Source: Ilumatobacteraceae bacterium
Lineage (GTDB): Bacteria; Actinomycetota; Acidimicrobiia; Acidimicrobiales; Ilumatobacteraceae
Length of the DNA stretch: 64,000 nt
Reading direction: 5' to 3'
Assembly: GCA_963716235.1 (NCBI GenBank)
Contig: CAVQTE010000017.1
Coordinates: forward strand, 26,295-90,294
In this document: positions 45,137 to 54,787 of the stretch, piece by piece
Position numbering within the stretch: position 1 is the first letter of the stretch
Layout: every line of letters starts with the position of its first letter
Translations under genes and position numbers: made by a program
Notes under the pieces: model-generated
Databases searched by the model: none
What the model was told of the DNA's origin: nothing
Seen by the model: the letters and a program-made list of their open reading frames with translations, nothing else

Positions 45137-46705
45137 ATGAGTGGGCTGCTGCGGAGCAACGTCGTCGTTGCCAGCGGCACCGCGCTGTCGAGGATCACCG
45201 GACTGTTCCGGTTGATCATCCTCGGCTACGTGCTCGGCCAGACAGCCCTCTCCGATGCCTACCTGATCGCCAACGAGACCCCGAACATCGTCTACGAGCT
45301 GCTGCTCGGCGGCCTGCTGTCGGCCACGCTCGTGCCGTTGTTCTCGACCTTCGTCGAGACCGACGACGACGAGGCGACGAACGTGGTGCTCACGGTGTCG
45401 GTGACGCTGATGGCGGCGTTGACCGTCGTCGCCGTGATCGCCGCGCCCCTGATCTTCGGGTTGTACTCGGTCAACGTGGCCGACGGCGTCGACGCCGACC
45501 TCTACCGATCGGTCGGAACCACTCTCGCGCGCATCTTCCTGATCCAGATCCTCTTCTACGGACTCGTCGGCCTCGCCAATGCATTCCTGAACAGCCGCCG
45601 ACGGTTCTTCGCCGCTGCCTGGGCCCCGATCCTGCCGAACATCATCATCATCGCGTTCCTGCTGTCGTTGCCGAATCCGGGCTCGGCCGACTGGCAGCTG
45701 GAAGACGTGCTCTCGGACGACCGTCTCCGTTGGACGCTCGGGCTCGGCGCAACGGTCGGGATCGCCACGATGGCGGCCGTGCTCATCCCGGCGATGTTCG
45801 CCACGGGGTTCAAGTTCCGCCCGAACTTCGACGTCCGTCACCCGGCAGTGCGCAAGCTCCTGTCGCTGTCGTTCTGGACCATCGGATTCGTCGTGGCCAA
45901 CCAGGTGGCCCTCCTCGTGGTCCGCAACCTCGCCGAACCCGGATCGAGCGGTGCGAGCGCCTACATCAACGCATTCACCTTCTTCGTGCTCCCCCATGGC
46001 CTCTTGGCGGTCTCGATCGCCACCACGTTCCAACCAGAGATGTCGCGATCGGTGGCGCGCCGCGACCGAGCGGGCTTCGTCGACCAGGCCTCACTCGGCC
46101 TCCGGATGACCGCTCTGTTCACGATCCCGGCGGGTGTGGGGATCTTCGTACTGCGTCAACCGATCATCGGAGCGCTCCTCCAGCGAGGCGAATTCAGTGC
46201 CGCCGATGCCGACGCCGCCCAACGGGCACTGGCCGGGCTGGCTCTCGGCCTCGGTGCATTCTCCATCTACATGTTCGTGCTCCGCGGTTTCTACGCCCAC
46301 AAGGACACCAAGACACCGTTCAAGATCAACGTCGTCGAGAACCTCATCAACATCGTGCTCGCCTTCGTCCTCGTGGATCGCTACGGCGTGCTCGGACTCG
46401 GGCTGGCGTTTGCGCTGGCGTACCTGATCTCGTCGGTGTGGGCGATGCAGGTCCTGAGCTACAAGGTGCCGGGATTCTCCGTGCGTTCGATCCTTGCCAG
46501 CATCGGTCCGATGCTGCTCGCCGCGCTCCTGATGGCCGAAGCGGTGTGGCTGGTGACCAATCAGGTCGGCGGGAACGCCGGTCTCGATGCGGTCGTTCGG
46601 CTCGGCGTGGGTGCTGTCGTGGGAGTCGGCGTCTACCTCGGCGTGTTGTACGCACTCGGCGCCCCCGAACTCGACGCCGTCCGCCGACGCCTCCACCGGA
46701 CCTGA
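45137..46705 (+). CDS. murJ: Lipid II flippase MurJ
   Basis: The start is MSGLLRSNVVVASGTALSRITG, followed by LSDAYLIANETPNIVYELLLGG. The protein is polytopic. Confidence 0.9.
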   Translation: MSGLLRSNVVVASGTALSRITGLFRLIILGYVLGQTALSDAYLIANETPNIVYELLLGGLLSATLVPLFSTFVETDDDEATNVVLTVSVTLMAALTVVAVIAAPLIFGLYSVNVADGVDADLYRSVGTTLARIFLIQILFYGLVGLANAFLNSRRRFFAAAWAPILPNIIIIAFLLSLPNPGSADWQLEDVLSDDRLRWTLGLGATVGIATMAAVLIPAMFATGFKFRPNFDVRHPAVRKLLSLSFWTIGFVVANQVALLVVRNLAEPGSSGASAYINAFTFFVLPHGLLAVSIATTFQPEMSRSVARRDRAGFVDQASLGLRMTALFTIPAGVGIFVLRQPIIGALLQRGEFSAADADAAQRALAGLALGLGAFSIYMFVLRGFYAHKDTKTPFKINVVENLINIVLAFVLVDRYGVLGLGLAFALAYLISSVWAMQVLSYKVPGFSVRSILASIGPMLLAALLMAEAVWLVTNQVGGNAGLDAVVRLGVGAVVGVGVYLGVLYALGAPELDAVRRRLHRT

Positions 46706-46743
46706 CAAACCACCCCGTCCCAGCCCGTCCCACCCGCTCCCAC

Positions 46744-46799
46744 CCGGTTTGCGTTGCAGTTCCATTGGCCCGCACCAACCGAAGTGCAACGCAAACCGG
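46744..46799. terminator. Long inverted repeat between convergent murJ and proB
   Basis: Perfect 15-bp arms CCGGTTTGCGTTGCA / TGCAACGCAAACCGG separated by 26 nt. No U-tract. Confidence 0.5.
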
Positions 46800-47888
46800 T
46801 CAGGAGGGGAGGACGACGAGATCGTCGCGATGGACCACCTCGTGGTTGACGCCTGCGGGGAGGTCGCCGGTGCGGTGCCCGAGCACGCTGCGCACCACCT
46901 CGGCATCGACGGCGACCAGTCCACGAGCGAATGCCCGGCCCGACGGACCGGCGATGTCGACCGTGTCGCCCTCGGCGAAGTCACCGTCCGCCGCCACGAT
47001 GCCGGCCGGCAGGAGGCTGTTGGGCCGGTCGGTCAGCGCCCGCTCGGCACCCGCATCGACATGGACCGTTCCCATCACCTCGGCGGCGAACGCGATCCAC
47101 AACTTGCGTGCCGACAACGTGCGATCGTGCGCCTCGAACGTGGTGCCGACCAGTTCGGCCGACACCGCCCCGGCAAGCACGTCGGGGCGCGACGCCCGAG
47201 CGATCACGCTGCGCAGGCCCGACCACGACGCCATCCGCGCTGCCGTCAGCTTCGATGCCATGCCGCCACTCCCGCGCCCACTCCCGCCGGCATCGACACT
47301 GACCGCGAGCAGCGCATCGTCCCGCCGAACCAGCGGGATCAGCGTCGCCGATGGATCGCGACGCGGATCGGCGGTGTACACGCCGTCCATGTCCGTGAGC
47401 AGCACGAGCACATCGGCACCGACGCTGTTCGCCACCAGCGCCGCGAGGCGATCGTTGTCGCCATAGCGCAACTCGTCGTTGGCGATCGCGTCGTTCTCGT
47501 TGACCACCGGCACGCAGCCGAGCTCGAGCAACCGTTCGATCGTGCGGCGGGCGTGCAGGTACTGCGTCCGGTCGACGAAGTCGTGCGGGTCGAGGAGCAC
47601 CTGCGCGCCGACCAAGCCGTGGCGAGCGAACTGCTGGTTGTAGGCCTCCACCAGGCGGCTCTGCCCGGCAGCCGAGATCGCCTGGAGCGTCGTCATGTCG
47701 GTCGGTCGGGCCGGCAGGCCGAGCGCCGCGACACCGGCCGCGACGGCCCCCGACGACACCACGATCACCTCATGGCCATCGACGCGCAACCCGGCGACCT
47801 CGTCGGCGAGCTTTGCCATGGCCACGACATCGATCGCTCCCCCAGTGTCGGTGATCGATGCCGTGCCGATCTTCGCGACGACTCTCAT
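46800..47888 (-). CDS. proB: Glutamate 5-kinase
   Basis: MRVVAKIGTASIT, VSSGAV, and a C-terminal PUA-like domain. It sits downstream of obg as in many bacteria. Confidence 0.9.
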   Translation of the reverse strand: MRVVAKIGTASITDTGGAIDVVAMAKLADEVAGLRVDGHEVIVVSSGAVAAGVAALGLPARPTDMTTLQAISAAGQSRLVEAYNQQFARHGLVGAQVLLDPHDFVDRTQYLHARRTIERLLELGCVPVVNENDAIANDELRYGDNDRLAALVANSVGADVLVLLTDMDGVYTADPRRDPSATLIPLVRRDDALLAVSVDAGGSGRGSGGMASKLTAARMASWSGLRSVIARASRPDVLAGAVSAELVGTTFEAHDRTLSARKLWIAFAAEVMGTVHVDAGAERALTDRPNSLLPAGIVAADGDFAEGDTVDIAGPSGRAFARGLVAVDAEVVRSVLGHRTGDLPAGVNHEVVHRDDLVVLPS

Positions 47889-47901
47889 GGAACTCGTGCG
47901 C

Positions 47902-49158
47902 CTACAGGTCCGGCGAATACTCGAAGCTGAACTCGCCGATCCAGATGACGTCGCCCTCGCGCGCTCCCGCCTTGGCGAGCATCTTGGGCACGCCGAGCCG
48001 GTCGAGGCGGTAGTCGATGTACGAGAGCGCCTCGGGAGTCGTCACGTCGTTCAACGCCACGACGCGCTCGACATCGCGGCCGAGCAGACGGAACTCACCG
48101 TCGCCGACTCGTTCGACCGCGGCGCCACTCACCTCGGGACGCAGGACGACCACGCCCTCGGCCCACTGAATCGCCTGACGGATGTCGTGCACCTGCTGAG
48201 CGAGCTGACCCACCACCTCGGAGACACCCTGGCGGGTCACCGACGACATGATCGGGCCATCCCAACCGAGTGCGGCGAGCTCGTCGGGCTGCACGCTGTC
48301 GGCCTTGGTTCCCACGGTGACGCGAGGACGCTCGAGAAGTTCGGGTTGGTATGCGCCGAGCTCGTGCAGAAGGATCCGTTCCTGTTCCTGCGGGCTGACG
48401 CCGTCCATCGAGGCGAGGTCGAGCAGGAGACACAGCACCCTGGCGCGCTCGACGTGGCGAAGGAATTGGTGACCGAGCCCCTTGCCATCGCTGGCGCCCT
48501 CGATGAGGCCAGGGATGTCGGCCACGACGAACTCGGTCTCGTCATCGACACGCACCACACCGAGATTCGGCTCGAGCGTCGTGAACGGATAGTTGGCGAT
48601 CTTCGGTTTGGCAGCCGAGATCACGCTGATGAAGGTCGACTTGCCCGCATTCGGGAACCCGACGAGTGCGACATCGGCCAACAATCTGAGTTCCAGCTTG
48701 AGCCAACGCTCCTCGCCGTGCTCACCCTGTTCGGCGAAGCTCGGCGCGCGCCGTTTGTTGGACAGGAACTTGGCGTTGCCTCGGCCACCTCGACCGCCAG
48801 CGGCCGCAAGCCACCGGTCGCCGTGGTTGACCAGCTCGGCGAGCATGTCGCCGCTGTACATGTCGAACACGACGGTGCCCATCGGCACCGTGATCTCCAT
48901 CGACTCACCGCGCCGACCGTGGAGGTCCTTGCCCTTGCCGTGCACGCCGTCGCCCGCACGCCGGTGCGGGTGGTCGCGGAAGGCCAGCAGCGACGACACG
49001 TTGTGGTCGGCGACGAGCCAGATGTTGCCACCGTTACCACCGTCGCCTCCGTTGGGCCCGCCCATCGACTCGGGTCCTTCCCGACGGAAACTGACGCAGC
49101 CCGCGCCGCCGTCACCTCCACGAACGTTCAGTTGGCACTCGTCGACGAACTGCGACAT
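47902..49158 (-). CDS. obg: GTPase Obg/CgtA
   Basis: The start MSQFVDECQLNVRGGDGGAGCVSFRRE is at ATG 49158. G1 is GFPNAGKST, followed by DIPGLIEGA and a C-terminal Obg_CT-like domain. Confidence 0.95.
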   Translation of the reverse strand: MSQFVDECQLNVRGGDGGAGCVSFRREGPESMGGPNGGDGGNGGNIWLVADHNVSSLLAFRDHPHRRAGDGVHGKGKDLHGRRGESMEITVPMGTVVFDMYSGDMLAELVNHGDRWLAAAGGRGGRGNAKFLSNKRRAPSFAEQGEHGEERWLKLELRLLADVALVGFPNAGKSTFISVISAAKPKIANYPFTTLEPNLGVVRVDDETEFVVADIPGLIEGASDGKGLGHQFLRHVERARVLCLLLDLASMDGVSPQEQERILLHELGAYQPELLERPRVTVGTKADSVQPDELAALGWDGPIMSSVTRQGVSEVVGQLAQQVHDIRQAIQWAEGVVVLRPEVSGAAVERVGDGEFRLLGRDVERVVALNDVTTPEALSYIDYRLDRLGVPKMLAKAGAREGDVIWIGEFSFEYSPDL

Positions 49159-49185
49159 TCCCGTGAGGCTAACGCCGTCAGTCGG

Positions 49186-50400
49186 ATGGCATCTCGTATC
49201 GTTTCGGCAATGACCGGCCTTCCGTTCCCCGACTCGGCTGCCGATCGCGCCGATCGGTGGGCGGCCACGATGACCGGCCACGGCGCCGACGACATCGTCG
49301 TTGCGCACGCGGACTCGACGGCGACGGTCGGTGAGGCAGTCGTGCGCACACGCGAAACCCGCGAGGAGGCCGAGTCGCAACTGCTCGCCACCAACGCAAC
49401 ACGCGCCGCGGGCGCAGGCAATCGTGGCGTCGAGGAATCTCCTGATCCGTATCGCACGTGCTTCGAACGTGACCGTGACCGCATCCTGCACGACTCGTCG
49501 TTCCGACGTCTCGCCGGCAAGACGCAGGTCTTCGTGTTCCCGGACGATCACCAGCGCACCCGCATGACCCATGCGCTCGAAGTGGCCCAGGTCGCCCGTT
49601 CGGTCGGCGATGCGCTCAGCCTGAACGTCCCGCTCATCGAGGCCATGGCCCTCGGCCACGACTGCGGCCATGGGCCCGGCGGCCACGCCAGCGAGGATGC
49701 CCTGTCGCCGTACCTCGACGGCGGGTTCGACCATGCCCCGTGGGGCGCTGACGTCACGTTGCGGCCGCTCAACCTGTGCTCAGAGACGCTCGATGGCATC
49801 CGCAACCACTCGTGGAGCCTGCCCGCACCGCAGACCCCGGAGGGCGAAGTCGTGTCGTGGGCCGACCGGATCGCGTACGTCTGTCACGATTTCGAGGATG
49901 CGGTCGCTGCCGGCATCGTCACCGCCGACATGCTGCCGCCGATCGTCGCCGAGCAGTGCGGACGCGACCGATCTCGTCAGCTCGGCACGTTCGTGCGAGC
50001 GATGGTCGAGACGACGACGGCGACCGGCCGGATCGGGATGTCACCCGGGGTCGCCGACGCCCTCACGGCGTTCCGCCGGTTCAACTACGAACACATCTAC
50101 CTCCGCCCGGCCAGCCAGCAACAGGCGAGCGCCGTCGTCTCACTCCTGCGCGCGCTCGTCGAGCACTACGCCGACCGGCCCCATGCCATCCCCGCCCAGA
50201 CCGTGGCCGCCGCACTGGGTGAGCAGGCGAAGGGGCAGCTCGACGCCGGGAGCACGGAGGCCTTACGGGCGGCGGTCGCCTATGTCGCTGGGATGACCGA
50301 CCGGTTCGCGTGCCAGGAAGGCCTGGCACACCTGTCGTGGGATCCCGCCAAGCTGCCCCAGGGGATCGGCGTCAGTGCGTTCCGAGGTACATGGCCCTGA
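49186..50400 (+). CDS. dgt: dGTPase-like HD-domain triphosphohydrolase
   Basis: FERDRDRILHSSFRRL-type block (FERDRDRILHDSSFRRLAGKTQV), RMTHALEV and LGHDCGHGPGGH. The start is ATG 49186 or 49210. Confidence 0.85.
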   Translation: MASRIVSAMTGLPFPDSAADRADRWAATMTGHGADDIVVAHADSTATVGEAVVRTRETREEAESQLLATNATRAAGAGNRGVEESPDPYRTCFERDRDRILHDSSFRRLAGKTQVFVFPDDHQRTRMTHALEVAQVARSVGDALSLNVPLIEAMALGHDCGHGPGGHASEDALSPYLDGGFDHAPWGADVTLRPLNLCSETLDGIRNHSWSLPAPQTPEGEVVSWADRIAYVCHDFEDAVAAGIVTADMLPPIVAEQCGRDRSRQLGTFVRAMVETTTATGRIGMSPGVADALTAFRRFNYEHIYLRPASQQQASAVVSLLRALVEHYADRPHAIPAQTVAAALGEQAKGQLDAGSTEALRAAVAYVAGMTDRFACQEGLAHLSWDPAKLPQGIGVSAFRGTWP

Positions 50401-50743
50401 TGCCGAGGCCCATGATGAACAGGCTGCCCAGTCCGTACAACAGGTGCACCTTGTCCTTCACGAACGGGCTCCCCCGGTAGCTGTAGAGGATGCCGACGGC
50501 AACGATCGCGCTGAAGCCGTACAGGGCGTGGAACTGGTCGAGTTCGATGTCGTAGCGATTGACCATCAACACCCCGACGATGGCGATTGCGAACACCGAC
50601 AGTTGCGCCACGCCGATCGCCCACCACAGCGGGCGAACCCGAAGTACCGGCACGTACTGAGCGACGAGCGCCCAGATGCCCACGGCAGCATTGGCCGACA
50701 CCAGGAACCAGGCGAGCGCTTCGTGCAGGTCGTTCAGGGTCAA
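50372..50743 (-). CDS. Small four-helix integral membrane protein
   Basis: 123 aa with four hydrophobic segments. There is a convergent 29-nt overlap with the dgt 3' end. Confidence 0.5.
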   Translation of the reverse strand: MTLNDLHEALAWFLVSANAAVGIWALVAQYVPVLRVRPLWWAIGVAQLSVFAIAIVGVLMVNRYDIELDQFHALYGFSAIVAVGILYSYRGSPFVKDKVHLLYGLGSLFIMGLGIRAMYLGTH

Positions 50744-50766
50744 GGGTCTGCGCGATCTCGCTCCGG

Positions 50767-51501
50767 CTAGATGCCGCAGTCGTCGCCGCCGATGATCGCC
50801 GTGACCGTGGCGGCATCGTCGACACCCGTGAGGAACCCCCGCAGACTGTCGTTGACGATGAAGAACGGCGGGGTGAAGTCGTCCTCGGGGAGGATCTGCG
50901 CTGCGGGATACGCCGCCGTGACGTCGACGACACGCGACCCGATCATCACGCCGCGGCTCGTCATCAGTCCGGCGGGAGCCGCCCCGATCTCGGCCTGATC
51001 GCCGTAGGTGTACCCGAAGAAGTGACGACGGCCCTGCACCACGGACGACACATCACCGAACAGCAGTGTCAGGACGCCCCACGACACCCGCCTGAGTTCG
51101 CTGCCCGAGCAGATCCCGATGGTCAACGGATCGACCCAGCCGGTGTCGTTCGTGGGCTCGCCGAGATAGGACCCGAGATAGGCGATCACCCCGTCGGGTT
51201 CAGCTCCGAACCCGGCGGTTCCGATGCCGTCACCGCTGAGCACCAGCGCGAGCACTGCCGGATCGACGACCGTGGTCGAGGGTTGGACGATCGTCGAGGT
51301 GGTGGACGTGGTGGTTGTGGTCGTCGATGTGGTGGTGGTCGTCGATGTCGTCGACGTCGAGGATGGCGGAGTGGTCGTGGGGAGCAGCGTGAACTCGGTC
51401 GTGGTCTCGCTCGCCGACTCGTCGGACCCACCACATGCGGTGGCGAGCAGGCCAACTACCACCAATCCAGCTACCAATCGCCGATTCATGCTCGCCATCA
51501 T
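50767..51501 (-). CDS. Lipoprotein with Ser/Thr-rich linker
   Basis: The start is MMASMNRRLVAGLVVVGLLATAC|GG (lipobox LATAC). A poly-S/T tract is followed by a ~160-aa domain ending in a Cys. Confidence 0.7.
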   Translation of the reverse strand: MMASMNRRLVAGLVVVGLLATACGGSDESASETTTEFTLLPTTTPPSSTSTTSTTTTTSTTTTTTSTTSTIVQPSTTVVDPAVLALVLSGDGIGTAGFGAEPDGVIAYLGSYLGEPTNDTGWVDPLTIGICSGSELRRVSWGVLTLLFGDVSSVVQGRRHFFGYTYGDQAEIGAAPAGLMTSRGVMIGSRVVDVTAAYPAAQILPEDDFTPPFFIVNDSLRGFLTGVDDAATVTAIIGGDDCGI

Positions 51502-51536
51502 GGTCCAGTGTTGCCGACGAGACGGGGATCTCCCGG

Positions 51537-52349
51537 TCAGGTCGGCTCGAAGATCCAGCCTCGCCTGACGGGCGGCCGGGCGTCGTGTTCGATGAACCAC
51601 TCGGTGCCGAACACCATCGCGAACACCTCGTCGGGCATGTCGAAGAAGAACGACGTGTCGGAGATCTGGCTGCGATGGCAGCGAATCCCCGCACGCTTGG
51701 CCGCGAGGTGCTCCGTCACGTCGACGGCCAACGTGAGGTCGGCCTCCAGCATGCCCATCGGGTTGCCGTCGTCGGCAGGACCGTGCGGATCGAAGTCGCC
51801 GTCGGCGCCGTCGGGGGCTTCGACGCCTGCGTCGCGCATCGCCTGGATCATCTGGGCGAAGGCGTCGCGGTTCATGGTCGCCTCGAGCACCCGCACGGAC
51901 GGCACGAGGCGTCCCGCTGCCGACCCGACGCGGTGCACCGCGATGTGGTCGGGATGGCCGTAGTTGCCGTGCCAGTCGTAGATGGTCAGGACCTCGGCGG
52001 ATTCCTCGCGCAGCACTGCTGCCAGTCGCTCGGCGGCCTCGTCGAGGTCGGCACGCAGGAAGCTCGCAGGATCGCCGTTCTGCTCCCATCCGGTCATGCC
52101 CGAATCGGTGTAGCCGAGCCACACGATCCGGGCCACACCGAGCGCTGCAGCCGACGCTTCGGTCTCGACGCGTCGGCGATCGACGAGCGTCTCGCCGGGC
52201 GCGAGGTCGTCGGGCACCTCACCGTGATCGCCGTTCGTTGCCACGACCAGGACCACCCGGTGCCCCTCGGCCGCGGCGCGCGCGATGGTGCCACCGGTGC
52301 TGATGACCTCATCGTCGGGATGGGCGTGGAAGCAGACCAGCGTTGCCAT
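51537..52349 (-). CDS. PIG-L/LmbE family deacetylase (MshB/Mca-like)
   Basis: The start MATLVCFHAHPDDE is at ATG 52349. HPDH lies downstream. Confidence 0.85.
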   Translation of the reverse strand: MATLVCFHAHPDDEVISTGGTIARAAAEGHRVVLVVATNGDHGEVPDDLAPGETLVDRRRVETEASAAALGVARIVWLGYTDSGMTGWEQNGDPASFLRADLDEAAERLAAVLREESAEVLTIYDWHGNYGHPDHIAVHRVGSAAGRLVPSVRVLEATMNRDAFAQMIQAMRDAGVEAPDGADGDFDPHGPADDGNPMGMLEADLTLAVDVTEHLAAKRAGIRCHRSQISDTSFFFDMPDEVFAMVFGTEWFIEHDARPPVRRGWIFEPT

Positions 52350-52351
52350 GC

Positions 52352-53524
52352 TCAGCCGGCCGCCGGCTCGGCCTGTTTCACCGCTCCCGACGATTCCCAC
52401 GACTCGATGACGTCGGCACCGACACCCCACTCGCTGAGCACCTCGCGGGTGTGGGCACCGGCGAACGCAGGTGGCATCGACACCTCCGGCACGGTACGGC
52501 TGAACCGTGGGGCGGGCGCTGGCTGGGTGGTTCCGGCGATGTCGATGAACGTGTTGCGTTCCACGTTGTGCGGATGCCGGGCCGCCTCGCCCATCGTGAG
52601 CACGGGGGCGAAGCACACGTCGGTCGCTTCCATGATCTCGCACCACTCGGCTCGCGACTTCTGGGCGAAGACCTCGGTCAGCCGGGACTTCAACGCCGGC
52701 CACTCGGCCTTGTCCATCTGTCGGGCGAACTGCTCGTCACCCTCGAGACCGGTGAGGCGGAGCAGCTCGGCGTAGAACTGCGGCTCGATCGATCCGAGTG
52801 AGATGTACTCGCCGTCGCTGCAGCGGTACACGTCGTAGAAGTGGGCGCCGGTGTCGAGCAGGTTCGTGCCTCGAGCGTTCTCGTCGTGCATGCCGATCGA
52901 CCGGAATGCCCAGAACATCGACATGAGCACTGCGGCACCGTCGACCATGGCCGTGTCGACCACTTGGCCCTGGCCACTGCGCTGCGCTTCCAGGAGGGCA
53001 CACACCACGCCGTAGGCGAGGAACATGCCGCCGCCGCCGAAGTCGCCGACCATGTTGAGCGGCGGTACCGGCGCCTCGCCGGCACGGCCGAAGTGCGCTA
53101 GGGCGCCGGCGAGCGAGATGTAGTTGATGTCGTGGCCGGCGGCCTGGGCGTACGGGCCCTCCTGCCCCCAGCCGGTCATCCGCCCGAACACGAGCTTCGG
53201 GTTGCGGGCGAGACACTCGTCGGGGCCGACGCCGAGACGTTCCATCACGCCCGGGCGGAACCCTTCGATGAGCGCATCGGCCGACTCGACGAGGCTCAGC
53301 AGCGCCTCCACTCCGTCCGGGTGCTTCAGGTCGATCGCCACGTTGCGGCGGCCGCGCAGCAAGACGTCGTAGTGCGCCCCCTCGGGCAGCGGTCCGCGAA
53401 CCGCACCGGCGCGTTCGACACGAACCACTTCGGCACCCATGTCGGCGAGCAGCATCGCCGCGAACGGCCCCGGGCCGATGCCGGCGATTTCGATGATGCG
53501 GTATCCGGTCAGTGGTCCAGCCAT
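52352..53524 (-). CDS. Family III CoA-transferase / alpha-methylacyl-CoA racemase-like
   Basis: [37 protein letters not shown] and GHDINY. Confidence 0.9.
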   Translation of the reverse strand: MAGPLTGYRIIEIAGIGPGPFAAMLLADMGAEVVRVERAGAVRGPLPEGAHYDVLLRGRRNVAIDLKHPDGVEALLSLVESADALIEGFRPGVMERLGVGPDECLARNPKLVFGRMTGWGQEGPYAQAAGHDINYISLAGALAHFGRAGEAPVPPLNMVGDFGGGGMFLAYGVVCALLEAQRSGQGQVVDTAMVDGAAVLMSMFWAFRSIGMHDENARGTNLLDTGAHFYDVYRCSDGEYISLGSIEPQFYAELLRLTGLEGDEQFARQMDKAEWPALKSRLTEVFAQKSRAEWCEIMEATDVCFAPVLTMGEAARHPHNVERNTFIDIAGTTQPAPAPRFSRTVPEVSMPPAFAGAHTREVLSEWGVGADVIESWESSGAVKQAEPAAG

Positions 53525-53528
53525 GTTG

Positions 53529-54437
53529 TCAGCTCCGATTCGTGGATGAGTGGTTGATCATGCTGGCGCGGACGTGGCCGCCGATGGCTTCGGCGAGGAC
53601 GGGCCAGAGGGGTGCCGGGTGGTCATGGCCCATGTCGGCCAACAGCAGATAGCGCGATCCGGGGACGAGTTCGGCGGTGCGTTCGCCGCCTTCCGGGGTG
53701 ATCAGGGTGTCGTCACGGCCGTGGATCACGAGCATGGGAACCTCCAGCGCCGCGAGCCCCGTGCTTCGGTCGCCCGATGCATAGATGGCAGCGAGCTGGC
53801 GGGTGGCCCCTTCGGGATAGAAACAACGGTCGTACTGTGCAGCCGCCAGCTCCAGCAGCCAGTTCGGGTCGAGGTACTTCTTCGACGCCCAGATCCTCGA
53901 GTTCAGCGAGGCAGCGATGTAGTCGTCACGATCGGGCGGAGGCGGCGCGAGCAACGCCTCGCGGGCCTCCGGTGTGGGTCGGCCGACGCGAGGGTCGCCG
54001 GGACTGCTCATCACCGACGTGACGCTCGCGATCCGCCGGGGATGCTCGATCGCCATCGTCTGCACGATCATCCCGCCCATCGAGTTGCCGACGATGTGTG
54101 CCCGATCGATCCCGAGATGGTCGAGTAGTCCGATGCCGTCGGCGGCCATGTCCGACAACGTGTACGGCACCGGCGGGATCGGATCACCCTGCAGTGATGC
54201 CGTCAGGACGGCGCCGGGCGACACGCGCTGGCCGTCGAGCTTGCTCGACAAGCCCACGTCACGGTTGTCGAACTGGATCACGAAGAGGCCTTGAGCGACC
54301 AACTGATCGATGTAGCCCTGCTGCCACGAGATGAGCTGGCTCGTGTATCCGTTGACGACCAGCAGCGGCGGGTCGGCCGGATCACCGGTGGTGACGTACT
54401 CGAGTTCGATCCCCGTCGGGAGTACAGCGCGTGGCAT
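53529..54437 (-). CDS. Alpha/beta hydrolase
   Basis: The start [15 protein letters not shown] is at ATG 54437. The nucleophile elbow is GNSMGG and the late His is in MGHD. Confidence 0.85.
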   Translation of the reverse strand: MPRAVLPTGIELEYVTTGDPADPPLLVVNGYTSQLISWQQGYIDQLVAQGLFVIQFDNRDVGLSSKLDGQRVSPGAVLTASLQGDPIPPVPYTLSDMAADGIGLLDHLGIDRAHIVGNSMGGMIVQTMAIEHPRRIASVTSVMSSPGDPRVGRPTPEAREALLAPPPPDRDDYIAASLNSRIWASKKYLDPNWLLELAAAQYDRCFYPEGATRQLAAIYASGDRSTGLAALEVPMLVIHGRDDTLITPEGGERTAELVPGSRYLLLADMGHDHPAPLWPVLAEAIGGHVRASMINHSSTNRS

Positions 54438-54492
54438 GGGACGAGTGTTGCAGAGTGATTCGGACCGTCGGCAAACGGAGCCACCACGTGGT

Positions 54493-54775
54493 TCAGGCGG
54501 CGCGACTGGTGGGCGGTCCGGTGGTTCGGACGGTGCCTTCGGGGAATCGGATCGTGAACTCCCGATTCGCACCCAGCGTCAACTCCCGACCCGAGTCGTG
54601 GATCTTGTGGTGACGCCGACACAGAGCGGCAGGAGGTTGTCCAGGTCGGTGCGACCGCCGTTCAAGTTGCCGGGTGCATGTAACACGACCCCGTTGCGGA
54701 CGACCACGGTGTGGACGTCGGCGTCACCGGCGAGGTCGGCGAGTCCGGCACAGTTCCGGCTGCACCTCACACCAC
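54493..54775 (-). pseudogene. Remnant of an HNH endonuclease (DUF222/13E12-type C-terminus), frameshifted and 5'-truncated
   Basis: One minus frame reads ...CAGLADLAGDADVHTVV...GGRTDLDNLLPLC. A shift of one nucleotide continues RRHHKIHDSGRELTLGANREFTIRFPEGT...*. This is the GG.TdldNL.lLCrrHH..vH signature. Confidence 0.6.
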
Positions 54776-54787
54776 TACGGTGACGGC

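Noticed and set aside
49186-50400. dGTPase as an anti-phage nucleotide-depletion defence gene.
   Set aside because: The context is housekeeping (divergent from obg-proB). There are no neighbouring defence or mobile genes, and the sequence is a standard Dgt-like HD motif set.
54674-54787. Longer galK start at GTG 54674.
   Set aside because: The extra 38 residues are Arg/Cys/His-rich junk that overlaps the HNH remnant on the other strand. GTG 54788 leaves a normal short lead-in to APGRVNLIGDHTDY.
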